In this document: positions 8,469-16,945 of the stretch, one piece after another | Layout of the letters: every line of letters begins with the position of its first letter | How positions within the stretch are numbered: position 1 is the first letter of the stretch | NCBI GenBank assembly: GCA_050740975.1 | Contig: JBOIEE010000011.1 | Location: 1-51,707, forward strand | Length of the DNA stretch: 51,707 bases | Direction: 5' to 3' | From: Gammaproteobacteria bacterium | GTDB lineage: Bacteria > Pseudomonadota > Gammaproteobacteria > JBOHHR01 | Position numbers and translations under genes: made by a program | Notes under the pieces: generated by a model | What the model was told of the DNA's origin: nothing | The model's input: the letters and a program-made list of their open reading frames with translations, nothing else | Database searches by the model: none

Positions 8469-9956
8469 ATGCTCTTCAATTCCTACGAGTTCATTTTCGG
8501 TTTCTTGCCCATAACCTTGGCCCTCTATTATCTGCTCGGCCTGCTCGGCTTACCGCGTCCCGCCTTGATCTGGCTCACTGGCGCGTCGTTTTTCTTCTAT
8601 GGCTGGTGGAACCCATCCTATCTGCTGCTGCTCTTCGCCAGTATCCTTTTTAATTTCGGTGTCGGCGTTCTCTTGACTCGTGCCGCCCGCCAGGGTTCGC
8701 CGCTGCGCCATACGCTGCTGGCGTTTGGCGTCACGGGCAACCTAGCACTGCTCGGTTATTACAAGTACGCAGCCTTTTTTGTCTCCAATCTGGGTGCGAT
8801 CTCGGGGTTTGAGTTCCAGATCCAGGCCGTGGTGCTACCCTTAGGGATCTCATTCTACACCTTCACCCAAGTCGCCTATCTGGTTGATGCGACCAGGGGA
8901 GAAGCCGAAGACTACAACCTGATCTCTTACTGCCTGTTTGTCACGTTTTTTCCGCACCTCATCGCGGGCCCGATCATTCACCACCGGCAGGTTATGCCCC
9001 AGTTCGCCCGGTCTGGCACCTTCCGGTTTAGCCACGTGAATTTCGCGACCGGCATCACGTTCTTCGCCGTTGGACTTTTCAAGAAAGTCGTTTGCGCGGA
9101 CACCATGGGCACGTTTGCCTCCCCTGTCTTCGCCGCAGCGGCGGACGGGGTGGAGTTGAGCGCGGTTCGGGCGTGGACCGGCGTGTTGGCGTTTACGCTG
9201 CAGATCTATTTTGACTTTTCTGGGTATTCGGACATGGCCGTGGGATTGGCGCGCCTGTTCGGTATCACCCTACCGTATAATTTTAATTCGCCTTACAAGG
9301 CGGTTAACATCATCGACTTCTGGCGCCGATGGCACATGAGTCTGTCGCGGTTCTTGCGCGATTATCTCTACATCCCGCTCGGAGGCAATCGGCGGGGAGA
9401 GACGCGGCGCTACATGAACCTATTCCTCACCATGCTCCTCGGTGGACTTTGGCACGGCGCCGGGTGGACCCTTGTGGCGTGGGGTGCTCTGCATGGATTT
9501 TATCTGCTGGTTAATCACGCCTGGCACAGCCTGCGCGCCCGACTCGGCTTTCCGGTGGTGAGCCAAGGGACTCTCTGGGGCCGCAGTCTTGCGCGGCTGC
9601 TCACCCTGCTCTCTGTCATCCTAGGCTGGGTGTTGTTCCGCGCAGAAAGCATGGATACAGCCTTCAACCTGCTGTCCTCCATGGGTGGAAACCACGGGAT
9701 ATGGGTTCCAAGGGATTTGGAACCTGCGATGATCGAGCCACTGGGGGTCGGCGTCTTGGAGCAAGGCTCGCTCATTATTTGCTTATTGGCGCTCGCGGGA
9801 TTCGGTCCCAACTCGCAAGAGTCGATCGATGGAGCGCAGCCGAGCCGCTTGATCTGGCGTTTCAGCGCGCTGCAGGCTTCCATCGTCGCAACCCTCCTGC
9901 TGTTCTCGATCAGCCGGTTGTCGCAGGTCAGCGAATTCCTATACTTTGACTTCTAG
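8469..9956 (+). CDS. MBOAT family membrane-bound O-acyltransferase (AlgI/PatA/DltB-like)
   Basis: 495 aa, polytopic. It starts MLFNSYEFIFGFLPI and carries the MBOAT signature FWRRWHMSLSRFLRDYLYIPLGGNRRG with the conserved His. Confidence 0.9.
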   Translation: MLFNSYEFIFGFLPITLALYYLLGLLGLPRPALIWLTGASFFFYGWWNPSYLLLLFASILFNFGVGVLLTRAARQGSPLRHTLLAFGVTGNLALLGYYKYAAFFVSNLGAISGFEFQIQAVVLPLGISFYTFTQVAYLVDATRGEAEDYNLISYCLFVTFFPHLIAGPIIHHRQVMPQFARSGTFRFSHVNFATGITFFAVGLFKKVVCADTMGTFASPVFAAAADGVELSAVRAWTGVLAFTLQIYFDFSGYSDMAVGLARLFGITLPYNFNSPYKAVNIIDFWRRWHMSLSRFLRDYLYIPLGGNRRGETRRYMNLFLTMLLGGLWHGAGWTLVAWGALHGFYLLVNHAWHSLRARLGFPVVSQGTLWGRSLARLLTLLSVILGWVLFRAESMDTAFNLLSSMGGNHGIWVPRDLEPAMIEPLGVGVLEQGSLIICLLALAGFGPNSQESIDGAQPSRLIWRFSALQASIVATLLLFSISRLSQVSEFLYFDF

Positions 9957-9973
9957 AACTTGGCGCTAGCAAC

Positions 9974-10081
9974 ATAGGAAATACCGTGATCATGGGGGTG
10001 AATTCAGTCTTGTCCGGAACGATCCCAGACAACGTCGTCATTCAGGGCAACCCGGCGAAGGCGATCTTCAAGCGGCGCTGA
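9974..10081 (+). pseudogene. C-terminal remnant (~35 codons) of a left-handed beta-helix (hexapeptide-repeat) acetyltransferase
   Basis: My translation gives IGNTVIMGVNSVLSGTIPDNVVIQGNPAKAIFKRR*. This matches the usual C-terminal end of hexapeptide acetyltransferases (..IG.n..IGagsvV.kdIPdn.vavGnPAk.Ir.R). The frame is closed by TGA at 9947-9949, so no N-terminal body exists. Confidence 0.5.
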
Positions 10082-10145
10082 GGCCAGCACGGCAGCGTGG
10101 TTTGGGCGGCGGTGACGCATCGCTTCGGCCAACGCGGCGTCTTCG

Positions 10146-10955
10146 CTAAAGCGCCGCGGATTCGAGCATGTGGTGGGTCGCTTGGCACTTTCTGTACAGC
10201 TCCAACGCTTCCGGCACTAGGGTAAAGGATTGGATCACCTTTTCAAATTCACCTCCCGAAGCGAGGATCGGAGGCAACTCCTGGGCAAGCTCCGTGACAT
10301 GCGCCCCGTGTTTTCGCGCGACCACAAGATAATAAAGATAATGCAGTGCTCGAATGACCAGGTTGGGATCGCTATAGGCGTCAAGAATGGGCACTAAAAA
10401 GGCAAGTTGCAGCGAGCGGGAACGCGCATCCAATATCAGCTCAGCGCCCTTCACCGTACAGATCATAGGAAGCGCTTTGGCCGTCTCCGCGTCATCGAAC
10501 CCGATGGCTGGCCACGGAATCTCAGGTTGGGGGATCCCGAACTTCTCCGCGAAAGCCCTTTGATAACACCAGGCGAGACTCGAGGCAACCGCGTCGTCCA
10601 CCGGTGCCGTGGCTGGATTTGAAAACTCACGCAACATCGGAACAAAGGCGCGCCGCAGATCCACCCGTGCGTGATCATTGCTCTGATCTACCAGTATGCG
10701 GTAGCCCAGCCCAGCGATAAGCACCACACGAGAAAGGGCTTCAAAATTCGGCAATTGGTTGAGCAACAGTCGTATCGCCCGCGCGTCGATGGCGGTTTGA
10801 GTCCATGCCAGAAACGCGATCAGGTTTCCCGTAATATACGTGTTTCTCGATCGCTTCCATGAGTTAAGGACGGCCTGCATCCGCTGTTCGCTTATTTCCT
10901 GCCCCTGAAACAACTCGCCCGCCATGCGGTAGATATGAGAGTTGAATGCGGTCAC
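10146..10955 (-). CDS. C-terminal (putative sensor) region of the NACHT protein, separated from it only by an in-frame TAG
   Basis: Same reading frame as 11016..12512 (12512-10146+1 = 2367 = 789 codons). The 60 nt between them translate as FLLAQYFALCLEWGHVEDFG with no further stop. The region looks helical and I could not recognise TPR, WD40 or LRR repeats. Confidence 0.6.
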   Translation of the reverse strand: MTAFNSHIYRMAGELFQGQEISEQRMQAVLNSWKRSRNTYITGNLIAFLAWTQTAIDARAIRLLLNQLPNFEALSRVVLIAGLGYRILVDQSNDHARVDLRRAFVPMLREFSNPATAPVDDAVASSLAWCYQRAFAEKFGIPQPEIPWPAIGFDDAETAKALPMICTVKGAELILDARSRSLQLAFLVPILDAYSDPNLVIRALHYLYYLVVARKHGAHVTELAQELPPILASGGEFEKVIQSFTLVPEALELYRKCQATHHMLESAAL

Positions 10956-11015
10956 ACCGAAATCCTCGACATGGCCCCATTCAAGGCATAAAGCAAAGTA
11001 TTGCGCGAGCAGAAA

Positions 11016-12512
11016 CTACTGCCAATGGCGGTGGGAAAAGCGGACTTTTTCGGGCCCGGTAGCAAGGAACACAGTTCGTTGCAGCAGCGCGTTGCAGGTT
11101 TCCGGGTCGCCGGCCAAACGAAATCCCATGATGATGTCTTGCACTTCAGACCCGGCTCCGTGTTGCGAAAAAAACGCTTCCCACCGCTTACTGGCATCAC
11201 AAGCTTCAGTCTGCAGCACTTCCGTGCTGATCTCGCCGCGCGATCTTTGAAAGAAGAGCCATGCGATCAGTGTCAGAGCATAGAGCAGGTGATCGATTTC
11301 AACGACTCGTGCTGCTTTCGCGCGTACCCCGACCAGATTGCTGCGCCGAATGATGGTGCGTATCGTTTGGCCCAGGACCGAGCAGCGGGTCAAAAATTCG
11401 CGAGCGAATGCGACCTCGCGTTCCGGTTCATAGTTGGACAGGATAAGCGGTGTAAGTATGAGATTGACCAGTTCCCGATCCTCGATATCGGGTAGCCAGG
11501 CCTTGCATGCAGGGAAAAATCGTTCAGCCTGGGCCTCTGATAGACGCAGCACCTCAAAGATATCCTTGCGATCATCCGCTAAGCGTTGCAATCCCGGGAA
11601 GCCGGCGCGTATCGCCACGACAAAGGAAAGACGCGAATTGCTGCGATAGCGGTTTGCCGCCTGGCGCAGCATCGCAGTTACGGTGGACAAACCAATGCTC
11701 GGGTGATTGACCAAAAAATCATCCACACCGTCGAGAAACACGGTAACTGGGGTTCTTTGCAATCTGCTCTCCAGCCAATCCATGTCGTTTTCGGGCAGTG
11801 GGTAGAGGCTGTGCGCCCAGTTAACCCACCAACGCCAAAGGATGCTCCACAGGTCGAGGTCTTCGGTGAGGTCCGTTAAGGTCACTTGTTGCAGAGGGAT
11901 AAACAAAGGCAGGGGACGATTGTTCAGCGCCGAGGAGAGATACTCCCGTCCTAAGCGCCAAGCGATCATGCGCACGACTAGCGACTTGCCCACACCAGCC
12001 GCCCCGGTGATAACCATCTGCCGCGGCCGTTCTCCGCCAGTGTCTATTCGGCCCAGGACCGCATCGCGGATCTCGGTCTGGGTCCCCGAAAAAGCGGCCT
12101 CCAGACTCGGCGGTGGAGGATTATTTTGTGCCGACTCGCCTTGACCGATCAAAGACTTTATCGACGTCACCTTATTAACCTCGGCGATACGCTCCAAGCT
12201 TATGTCGGTCACGGTGAGCCCGATGTCTGATCCATAGCGGCTCACAAACTGCGCTACGATGGCGACGACGGGATCGCTGGCTTGCTTCGGGACCTTGACC
12301 GATTTGTGCGTGCCACGGAAGCAGAGATCGCGCTGGTTGGGATCCGTCACAATGGGCACCGACAAATCGGATTTTGCGTAGATGTCGTGCACCATGGGGT
12401 ATGGAACATCCCGCGCGTTCGACGCTTTCTGGTGCTCTAGAAATTCAGTTTCCAGTTCCAACAACCAGGGATTCTGCCACCGCAGGGCGACGAGAATGTC
12501 GTTCCATCCCAA
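11016..12512 (-). CDS. NACHT/STAND-type P-loop NTPase (NLR-like), truncated by a TAG at 11016-11018
   Basis: Walker A is MVITGAAGVGKSLV (coded at about 11981-12012). Walker B is VTVFLDGVDDF, followed by SFVVAIRAG. The ORF ends at ...VRFSHRHWQ*, inside the NACHT winged-helix F-x-H-x-x-x-Q-E-[FY]-L-x-A motif. The start is unclear: TTG at 12512 or ATG at 12395. Confidence 0.75.
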   Translation of the reverse strand: MGWNDILVALRWQNPWLLELETEFLEHQKASNARDVPYPMVHDIYAKSDLSVPIVTDPNQRDLCFRGTHKSVKVPKQASDPVVAIVAQFVSRYGSDIGLTVTDISLERIAEVNKVTSIKSLIGQGESAQNNPPPPSLEAAFSGTQTEIRDAVLGRIDTGGERPRQMVITGAAGVGKSLVVRMIAWRLGREYLSSALNNRPLPLFIPLQQVTLTDLTEDLDLWSILWRWWVNWAHSLYPLPENDMDWLESRLQRTPVTVFLDGVDDFLVNHPSIGLSTVTAMLRQAANRYRSNSRLSFVVAIRAGFPGLQRLADDRKDIFEVLRLSEAQAERFFPACKAWLPDIEDRELVNLILTPLILSNYEPEREVAFAREFLTRCSVLGQTIRTIIRRSNLVGVRAKAARVVEIDHLLYALTLIAWLFFQRSRGEISTEVLQTEACDASKRWEAFFSQHGAGSEVQDIIMGFRLAGDPETCNALLQRTVFLATGPEKVRFSHRHWQ

Positions 12513-13078
12513 TCCTTTTGCCCTTGGGTCACGAACCGAGCAAGCTTCAGAAAGGGCGACATCAGCGGGAAAATTGAATGATACGTAATCTTGGCAAAGG
12601 CAGTGATAAAGGGTGACCCTCCGCTATGCGGCACGGCAATGTTGATTACGTGGCGGGTTCGTAACCACAGCGAGGACGACGAGGAATCAAAGCCTCCGTT
12701 ATCGAGCTGAGTCTTAAGCTCTTGATACGCCTGTTTCAGCATCTGCTTGACCACGAGACCCCCGGTGCTGTGGGTTACAAACAAAAGCTGTCGATGAACA
12801 CCAAACTCGGTTTGTAACCAGATCCGCAGATCCTCTGCGGCCAACGGGATGCTGGAACGCTGCCAGATCTGGGATGGATAAGCGAAAGACACCGTATCTA
12901 CGTCGCTACCACAACTCTCCAGGATCCATTCCGGGACCTTGCCCCAGGTTCGACCGCAATCGCCAAATATCCCGTGCACAAAAACCAGCAGGCATCCGGA
13001 CGCCATCGGTTGGGCGCCCCGGTTCGCTTTGTGTACGATCCCGTATTTACTCGTGCTGGTCCAAAATGCTTGACTCAT
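12437..13078 (-). CDS. Alpha/beta-hydrolase, lipase/esterase-like (DUF676/PGAP1/SesB-like); probably the N-terminal effector domain of the NACHT protein
   Basis: LLVFVHGIFGDCGRTWGK is followed by the nucleophile elbow FVTHSTGGLVVKQ (a GxSxG variant, about 12760-12783). The likely ATG is at 13078 (MSQAFWTS). The longer track ORF to 13225 would overlap the fadD 3' end. The 3' end overlaps the NACHT ORF by 76 nt in the -1 frame. Confidence 0.65.
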   Translation of the reverse strand: MSQAFWTSTSKYGIVHKANRGAQPMASGCLLVFVHGIFGDCGRTWGKVPEWILESCGSDVDTVSFAYPSQIWQRSSIPLAAEDLRIWLQTEFGVHRQLLFVTHSTGGLVVKQMLKQAYQELKTQLDNGGFDSSSSSLWLRTRHVINIAVPHSGGSPFITAFAKITYHSIFPLMSPFLKLARFVTQGQKDWDGTTFSSPCGGRIPGCWNWKLNF

Positions 13079-13113
13079 TTGGCTTTCGTTCTTTGGAAGT
13101 GAGGTCGGACCGA

Positions 13114-14726
13114 TCACCGCCCGCGCAACTCCCGCCGCAGGATCTTGCCCACGCCCGATTTTGGTAAGCTTTCGAGAAACTCCACGTATTTCGGCACCTT
13201 GTAGGCCGTCAGTCGCTCTCGGCAATGGCCGCGGACCCCCTCAATGCTCAGTTGTGCACCGGTATTGGCCACAATAAACACCTTTACCGCTTCCCCTGAT
13301 TGCTCATCGGGCACTCCGACACAAGCGCTCTCTAACACTCCTTCGCATTGGGCCAGAGCCTCTTCCACTTCGTTGGGATAGACGTTAAAACCGGATACCA
13401 GGATCAGGTCTTTTTTACGATCAACGAGGTAGAAATATCCCTTTTCATCCATCCGCGCAACGTCTCCCGTTTTGAGAAACCGTCCAAGGTCATTACGTCG
13501 CAGGTCGCTTCCTCTCGGCCCCAATAGGCTTGCATCACCTGGGGTCCTTTGGCACACAACTCCCCGCAACTTCCAAGCGGAACCTCATTACCTTCTTCAT
13601 CCCGCAAAACGATCTCGGTCGACGGGACCGGCAGACCGATGCTCCCGCTGAAGGTCTTTGTGGCGTAGGGATTAATGGCTAACAAGGGCGATGTTTCCGA
13701 AAGCCCGTAGCCTTGCAATAAGGGGCAACCGGTAAGCTCAAACCACTTATCCGCCACGGCGTGTTGAATTGCCGCTCCGCCACCCATGGCAATTTTGAGC
13801 GCAGAGAAATCGACATCGCGGAAACCCTCGCCATTCAAGAGACGGTTGAAAAGCGTATTGACGCGGTGATGACGGAAAACCTCCATTTGCGGAGCTCCCT
13901 CACCAATGCAGACATATCACGGGGATCGGTAATCAACACATTCTGGGCCCCGAGATATTAAAAATGCCAAACAGTTAATCGTCAAGGCGAAAATATGGTA
14001 AAGGGGCAATGCGGTAACGACGATCTCTTTGCCTGTTTCGATTATCGGGCCCAGCGCGCTCGAGAACTGGAGTATGATCAGATTGCGGTGGGTTAGCATA
14101 GCGCCTTTAGAGATCCCGGTTGTTCCACCGGTATATTGCAAGAATGCGATGTCTTCGCCGGCTATCGGGACTTGCTCGAGACCAAGCTGCTTGCCGATGG
14201 CTAATGCGGCCGCGAATTGATCCCTTATACCCTCGCCCGGCTCCCCAGCCTGCGTGGACGGTAGATCGCCGGAGCGGGCGATAATAATAGTTTCGATCGG
14301 TGTATGGTGCCGGAGCTGCTGCAACCTGGGGAGGGAATCGCCGTGGATCACGATGGCCTTAGCGCCCGCGTCGTTTAGCTGATGTTCCAGCTCATCCTGC
14401 GTGTACAGCGGATTGATATTGGTGACGCGCGCACCGGTGCGCAGAGCACCCAGAAGGGCAATGGGGAACTGCGCCAGATTGGGTAGCATGATGGCGACGC
14501 AATCCTGCTTTTTTATACCCCGCGCCCTTTGCAAATAGGCGCCAAAATCGCGTGCCAGCACATCAAGCTCGGAAAAGGATAGAGTCGTGTCGCCGTTACT
14601 GAACGCTGGACGAGCGCCAAAGTTGCGAACGCTCTGCTCAAACAAGGCGATCAGCGAAGCGTAGGCGTCGGGATCGATCTCGTGGGGTACACCGGCCGGA
14701 TAGTGCTTAAGCCAGATCTTTTCCAT
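13114..14726 (-). pseudogene. fadD: Long-chain-fatty-acid--CoA ligase (FadD-like), split over three frames by two 1-nt frameshifts
   Basis: Track ORFs 13917..14726, 13404..13886 and 13114..13569 are consecutive FadD pieces. The first has MEKIWLKHYPAGVP and LQYTGGTTGISKGAMLTHRN. The second has NTLFNRLLN and GYGLSETSP. The third has [39 protein letters not shown] and [27 protein letters not shown]. Frame breaks lie at about 13955-13965 (A5 run) and 13477-13480 (A3 run). This may be an assembly artefact rather than a true pseudogene. Confidence 0.8.
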
Positions 14727-15152
14727 GGTGCTCTACCCTAGTGCTCTGTCTCTCTTATTTCGATGCCCCTGCAATTGTACGGCGCGGGTACGCAGCAAGA
14801 GTGAGCCTCTATTTCGAAGCAGACGCCGAGCTTGCCCCCAGAAACGGGATGCGTGCATTGGCGCCGCCTGCCGAAATGCAAATGCGTACGAAATAACGCC
14901 AAGCATCCATTATCCAGAGTATACGCGCGGGCGAGCTTTTTGGATTCGGCAGTACCGTAGCCGTGTTTAGCTCGGGCGCTATCAGCCCCATGAAGGCATC
15001 GCGAGATCCACCGATCCGTTAATTGCTTTTGCACACCTTCGGCCGCTATCGCCGGCAGGACGCGCACAGGTTGCCATTCTTATGCTTGGTGCGGATAATC
15101 GACAAACAAAAACGCATGTCGCAACGGGCGCCAGTCTTAGTGTGGGGTCTCC

Positions 15153-16211
15153 ATGTTTATCAACGGGTTGGGTACGGCGAATCCACCGCAACGTTACACG
15201 AAAATAGAATGTTGGGAAGCCCTGATGCGTTCTGAGTGGTTTTCAAGACTGGATCGCCGGGCGCGTTCGCTCGCGGAAACGGTGTTGCTGGGCAACAATG
15301 GCATAGAATCCCGCTGGCTTGCGCTCAACTCCTTGAGCGAAGCTTTTCGGATCGATCCCGATACGATGCATCGACGCTTTGAGTCTCATGCCCCCGCCTT
15401 GGCCGCGCAGGCCGCCGAGCGCGCATTGTCGGACGCACGCATCCTGCCCACCGAGGTAGACGCTGTGATCGTCAGCACCTGCACTGGGTATCTCTGCCCG
15501 GGTCTTAGCAGCTATGTAACCGAATGCTTGGGGTTGAGGCCTGATGTCCAGGCTTTCGACCTAGTGGGCCAAGGTTGTGTCGCGGCCTTGCCTAACTGGC
15601 GCATGGCCGACGCGCTGCTGGCGGCGGGATACTGCCGCTGTGTACTGTCCGTTTGCGTCGAGCTGAGCAGTGCCGCCATGTACCTCGATAATGACCCCGG
15701 GGTCTTGATTAGCGCGTGTTTGTTTGGCGATGGGGCGGGAGCCGTTCTACTCGGTGATAAGCCCAGCCCGCACCAACGTCGCATTGAGTGGAAGATCTGC
15801 TCCTCCGTACTAAACCCGGCCGAGCGCGATGCGCTGCGCTTTGAGCAACGGGGCGGCCTGTTACGCAATATCCTCACCCGACCGGTACCGCAACTCGCCG
15901 CAGAGCATGCCCAGCGGATCTTGGATCGAGTATTGGGCAATGAAGGGTTAAGCTACAGCGACATCAAGGCCTGGATCTGGCACGCGGGGGGACGTGATGT
16001 GCTGGTAGCGCTTCAGACCAGGCTTGGGCTCAGCGCCGCTGAGCTTCGTTACAGTGCAGCCATGTTGCGCGAATACGGCAATCTCAGCAGCGCCTTTGTC
16101 TATTTCGTATTACAGGCGGCGCTCGCCGACGATGCACCGGGTGGATGGTGGTGGGTGTCCTCGTTTGGCGCCGGATTTAGCTGCTATGGCGCCATGCTCG
16201 AGGTGGCCTAA
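15153..16211 (+). CDS. Type III polyketide synthase (chalcone synthase-like)
   Basis: 352 aa. The start MFINGLGTANPPQRYT resembles other type III PKS N-termini. The active-site Cys context is VSTCTGYLCPG. The His motif is WIWHAGGRDVL (HPGG-like) and the Asn motif is EYGNLSSAFVYFVL (GNMSS-like). The C-terminal part is SSFGAGFSCYG. Confidence 0.8.
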   Translation: MFINGLGTANPPQRYTKIECWEALMRSEWFSRLDRRARSLAETVLLGNNGIESRWLALNSLSEAFRIDPDTMHRRFESHAPALAAQAAERALSDARILPTEVDAVIVSTCTGYLCPGLSSYVTECLGLRPDVQAFDLVGQGCVAALPNWRMADALLAAGYCRCVLSVCVELSSAAMYLDNDPGVLISACLFGDGAGAVLLGDKPSPHQRRIEWKICSSVLNPAERDALRFEQRGGLLRNILTRPVPQLAAEHAQRILDRVLGNEGLSYSDIKAWIWHAGGRDVLVALQTRLGLSAAELRYSAAMLREYGNLSSAFVYFVLQAALADDAPGGWWWVSSFGAGFSCYGAMLEVA

Positions 16212-16236
16212 CACGCCTCTTCTCTTGGCACGACCC

Positions 16237-16941
16237 ATGACCATGCAACGCCGCGTACTGCCCGAATTGCTGGATGAGCTTCCGGCGAATGATCCACGGG
16301 CGATTCGGGCGAGAGGCGATTTGCAACGCGTCAACCGGGTAATGGGTGCTTTATCGCTGATGTTGCGCGCCGTGGATCACAGCATAATACCGCAGCCGCC
16401 ACGGAGCATCGTTGAGCTGGGGTCGGGCGATGGGACATTCCTATTGCGCTTGGCGCGAAAGCGAGCCACCTGCTGGCCGGGTGTGAGGATCACGCTTTTA
16501 GATCGGCAGCTCCTGGTACGCCCTGAGACGATACAGGGTTTTGTGCGCCTGGGTTGGCAAGTCGAGGTGGTCACCTCGGATGTGTTTGATTGGCTAGCAC
16601 AACCGCTAAACGAGCGCATCGACCTGTTGCTGGCTAATCTGTTCATCCACCATTTTTCCCAAGAGCGTCTGTCCTGTTTGCTGCAAGGCATAGCGGCACG
16701 TACCCACTCGTTTCTGGCCTGCGAACCACGCCGCACCACATTAGCGCTCATCGGTAGCTACCTGATTGGCCTTATCGGCTGCAACGCGGTGACCCGTCAT
16801 GACGCGATCCTGAGCGTACATGCGGGTTTTCGGGCAAAGGAGCTGTCTGCGCTGTGGCCCCAGGGGGAGGATTGGTTTTTTCACGAATGGCCAGCGGGGC
16901 TATTTAGCCATTGTTTCTTAGCAATTAGAGCAACCCGTTGA
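16237..16941 (+). CDS. SAM-dependent methyltransferase
   Basis: Motif I is IVELGSGDGTFLL. The ATG at 16237 (MTMQRRVLPELLDE) lies just after the PKS stop. The track ORF start at 16024 would overlap the PKS gene by 188 nt. Confidence 0.65.
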   Translation: MTMQRRVLPELLDELPANDPRAIRARGDLQRVNRVMGALSLMLRAVDHSIIPQPPRSIVELGSGDGTFLLRLARKRATCWPGVRITLLDRQLLVRPETIQGFVRLGWQVEVVTSDVFDWLAQPLNERIDLLLANLFIHHFSQERLSCLLQGIAARTHSFLACEPRRTTLALIGSYLIGLIGCNAVTRHDAILSVHAGFRAKELSALWPQGEDWFFHEWPAGLFSHCFLAIRATR

Positions 16942-16945
16942 GCTG

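Noticed and set aside
12437-12520. Programmed -1 ribosomal frameshift joining the hydrolase and NACHT ORFs
   Set aside because: There is no canonical X-XXY-YYZ heptamer (only CAA-AAG) and no obvious downstream structure. With four other homopolymer frameshifts in the window, an indel, real or artefactual, is more parsimonious. I keep it only as an alternative in the finding.
14727-15152. ORFs in the fadD / PKS divergent intergenic region (14725..14970, 14738..15067, 14982..15191, 15023..15235)
   Set aside because: They overlap one another in several frames, have Arg/Cys-rich low-quality translations and show no motifs. I treat the region as a divergent promoter region, and I could not identify specific promoter elements with confidence.
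16024-16236. N-terminal extensions of the methyltransferase (from 16024) and the ACP (from 17980) as given in the ORF track
   Set aside because: Both extensions overlap the preceding, well-supported gene out of frame. Internal ATGs at 16237 and 18193 give normal-length proteins with tight coupling.
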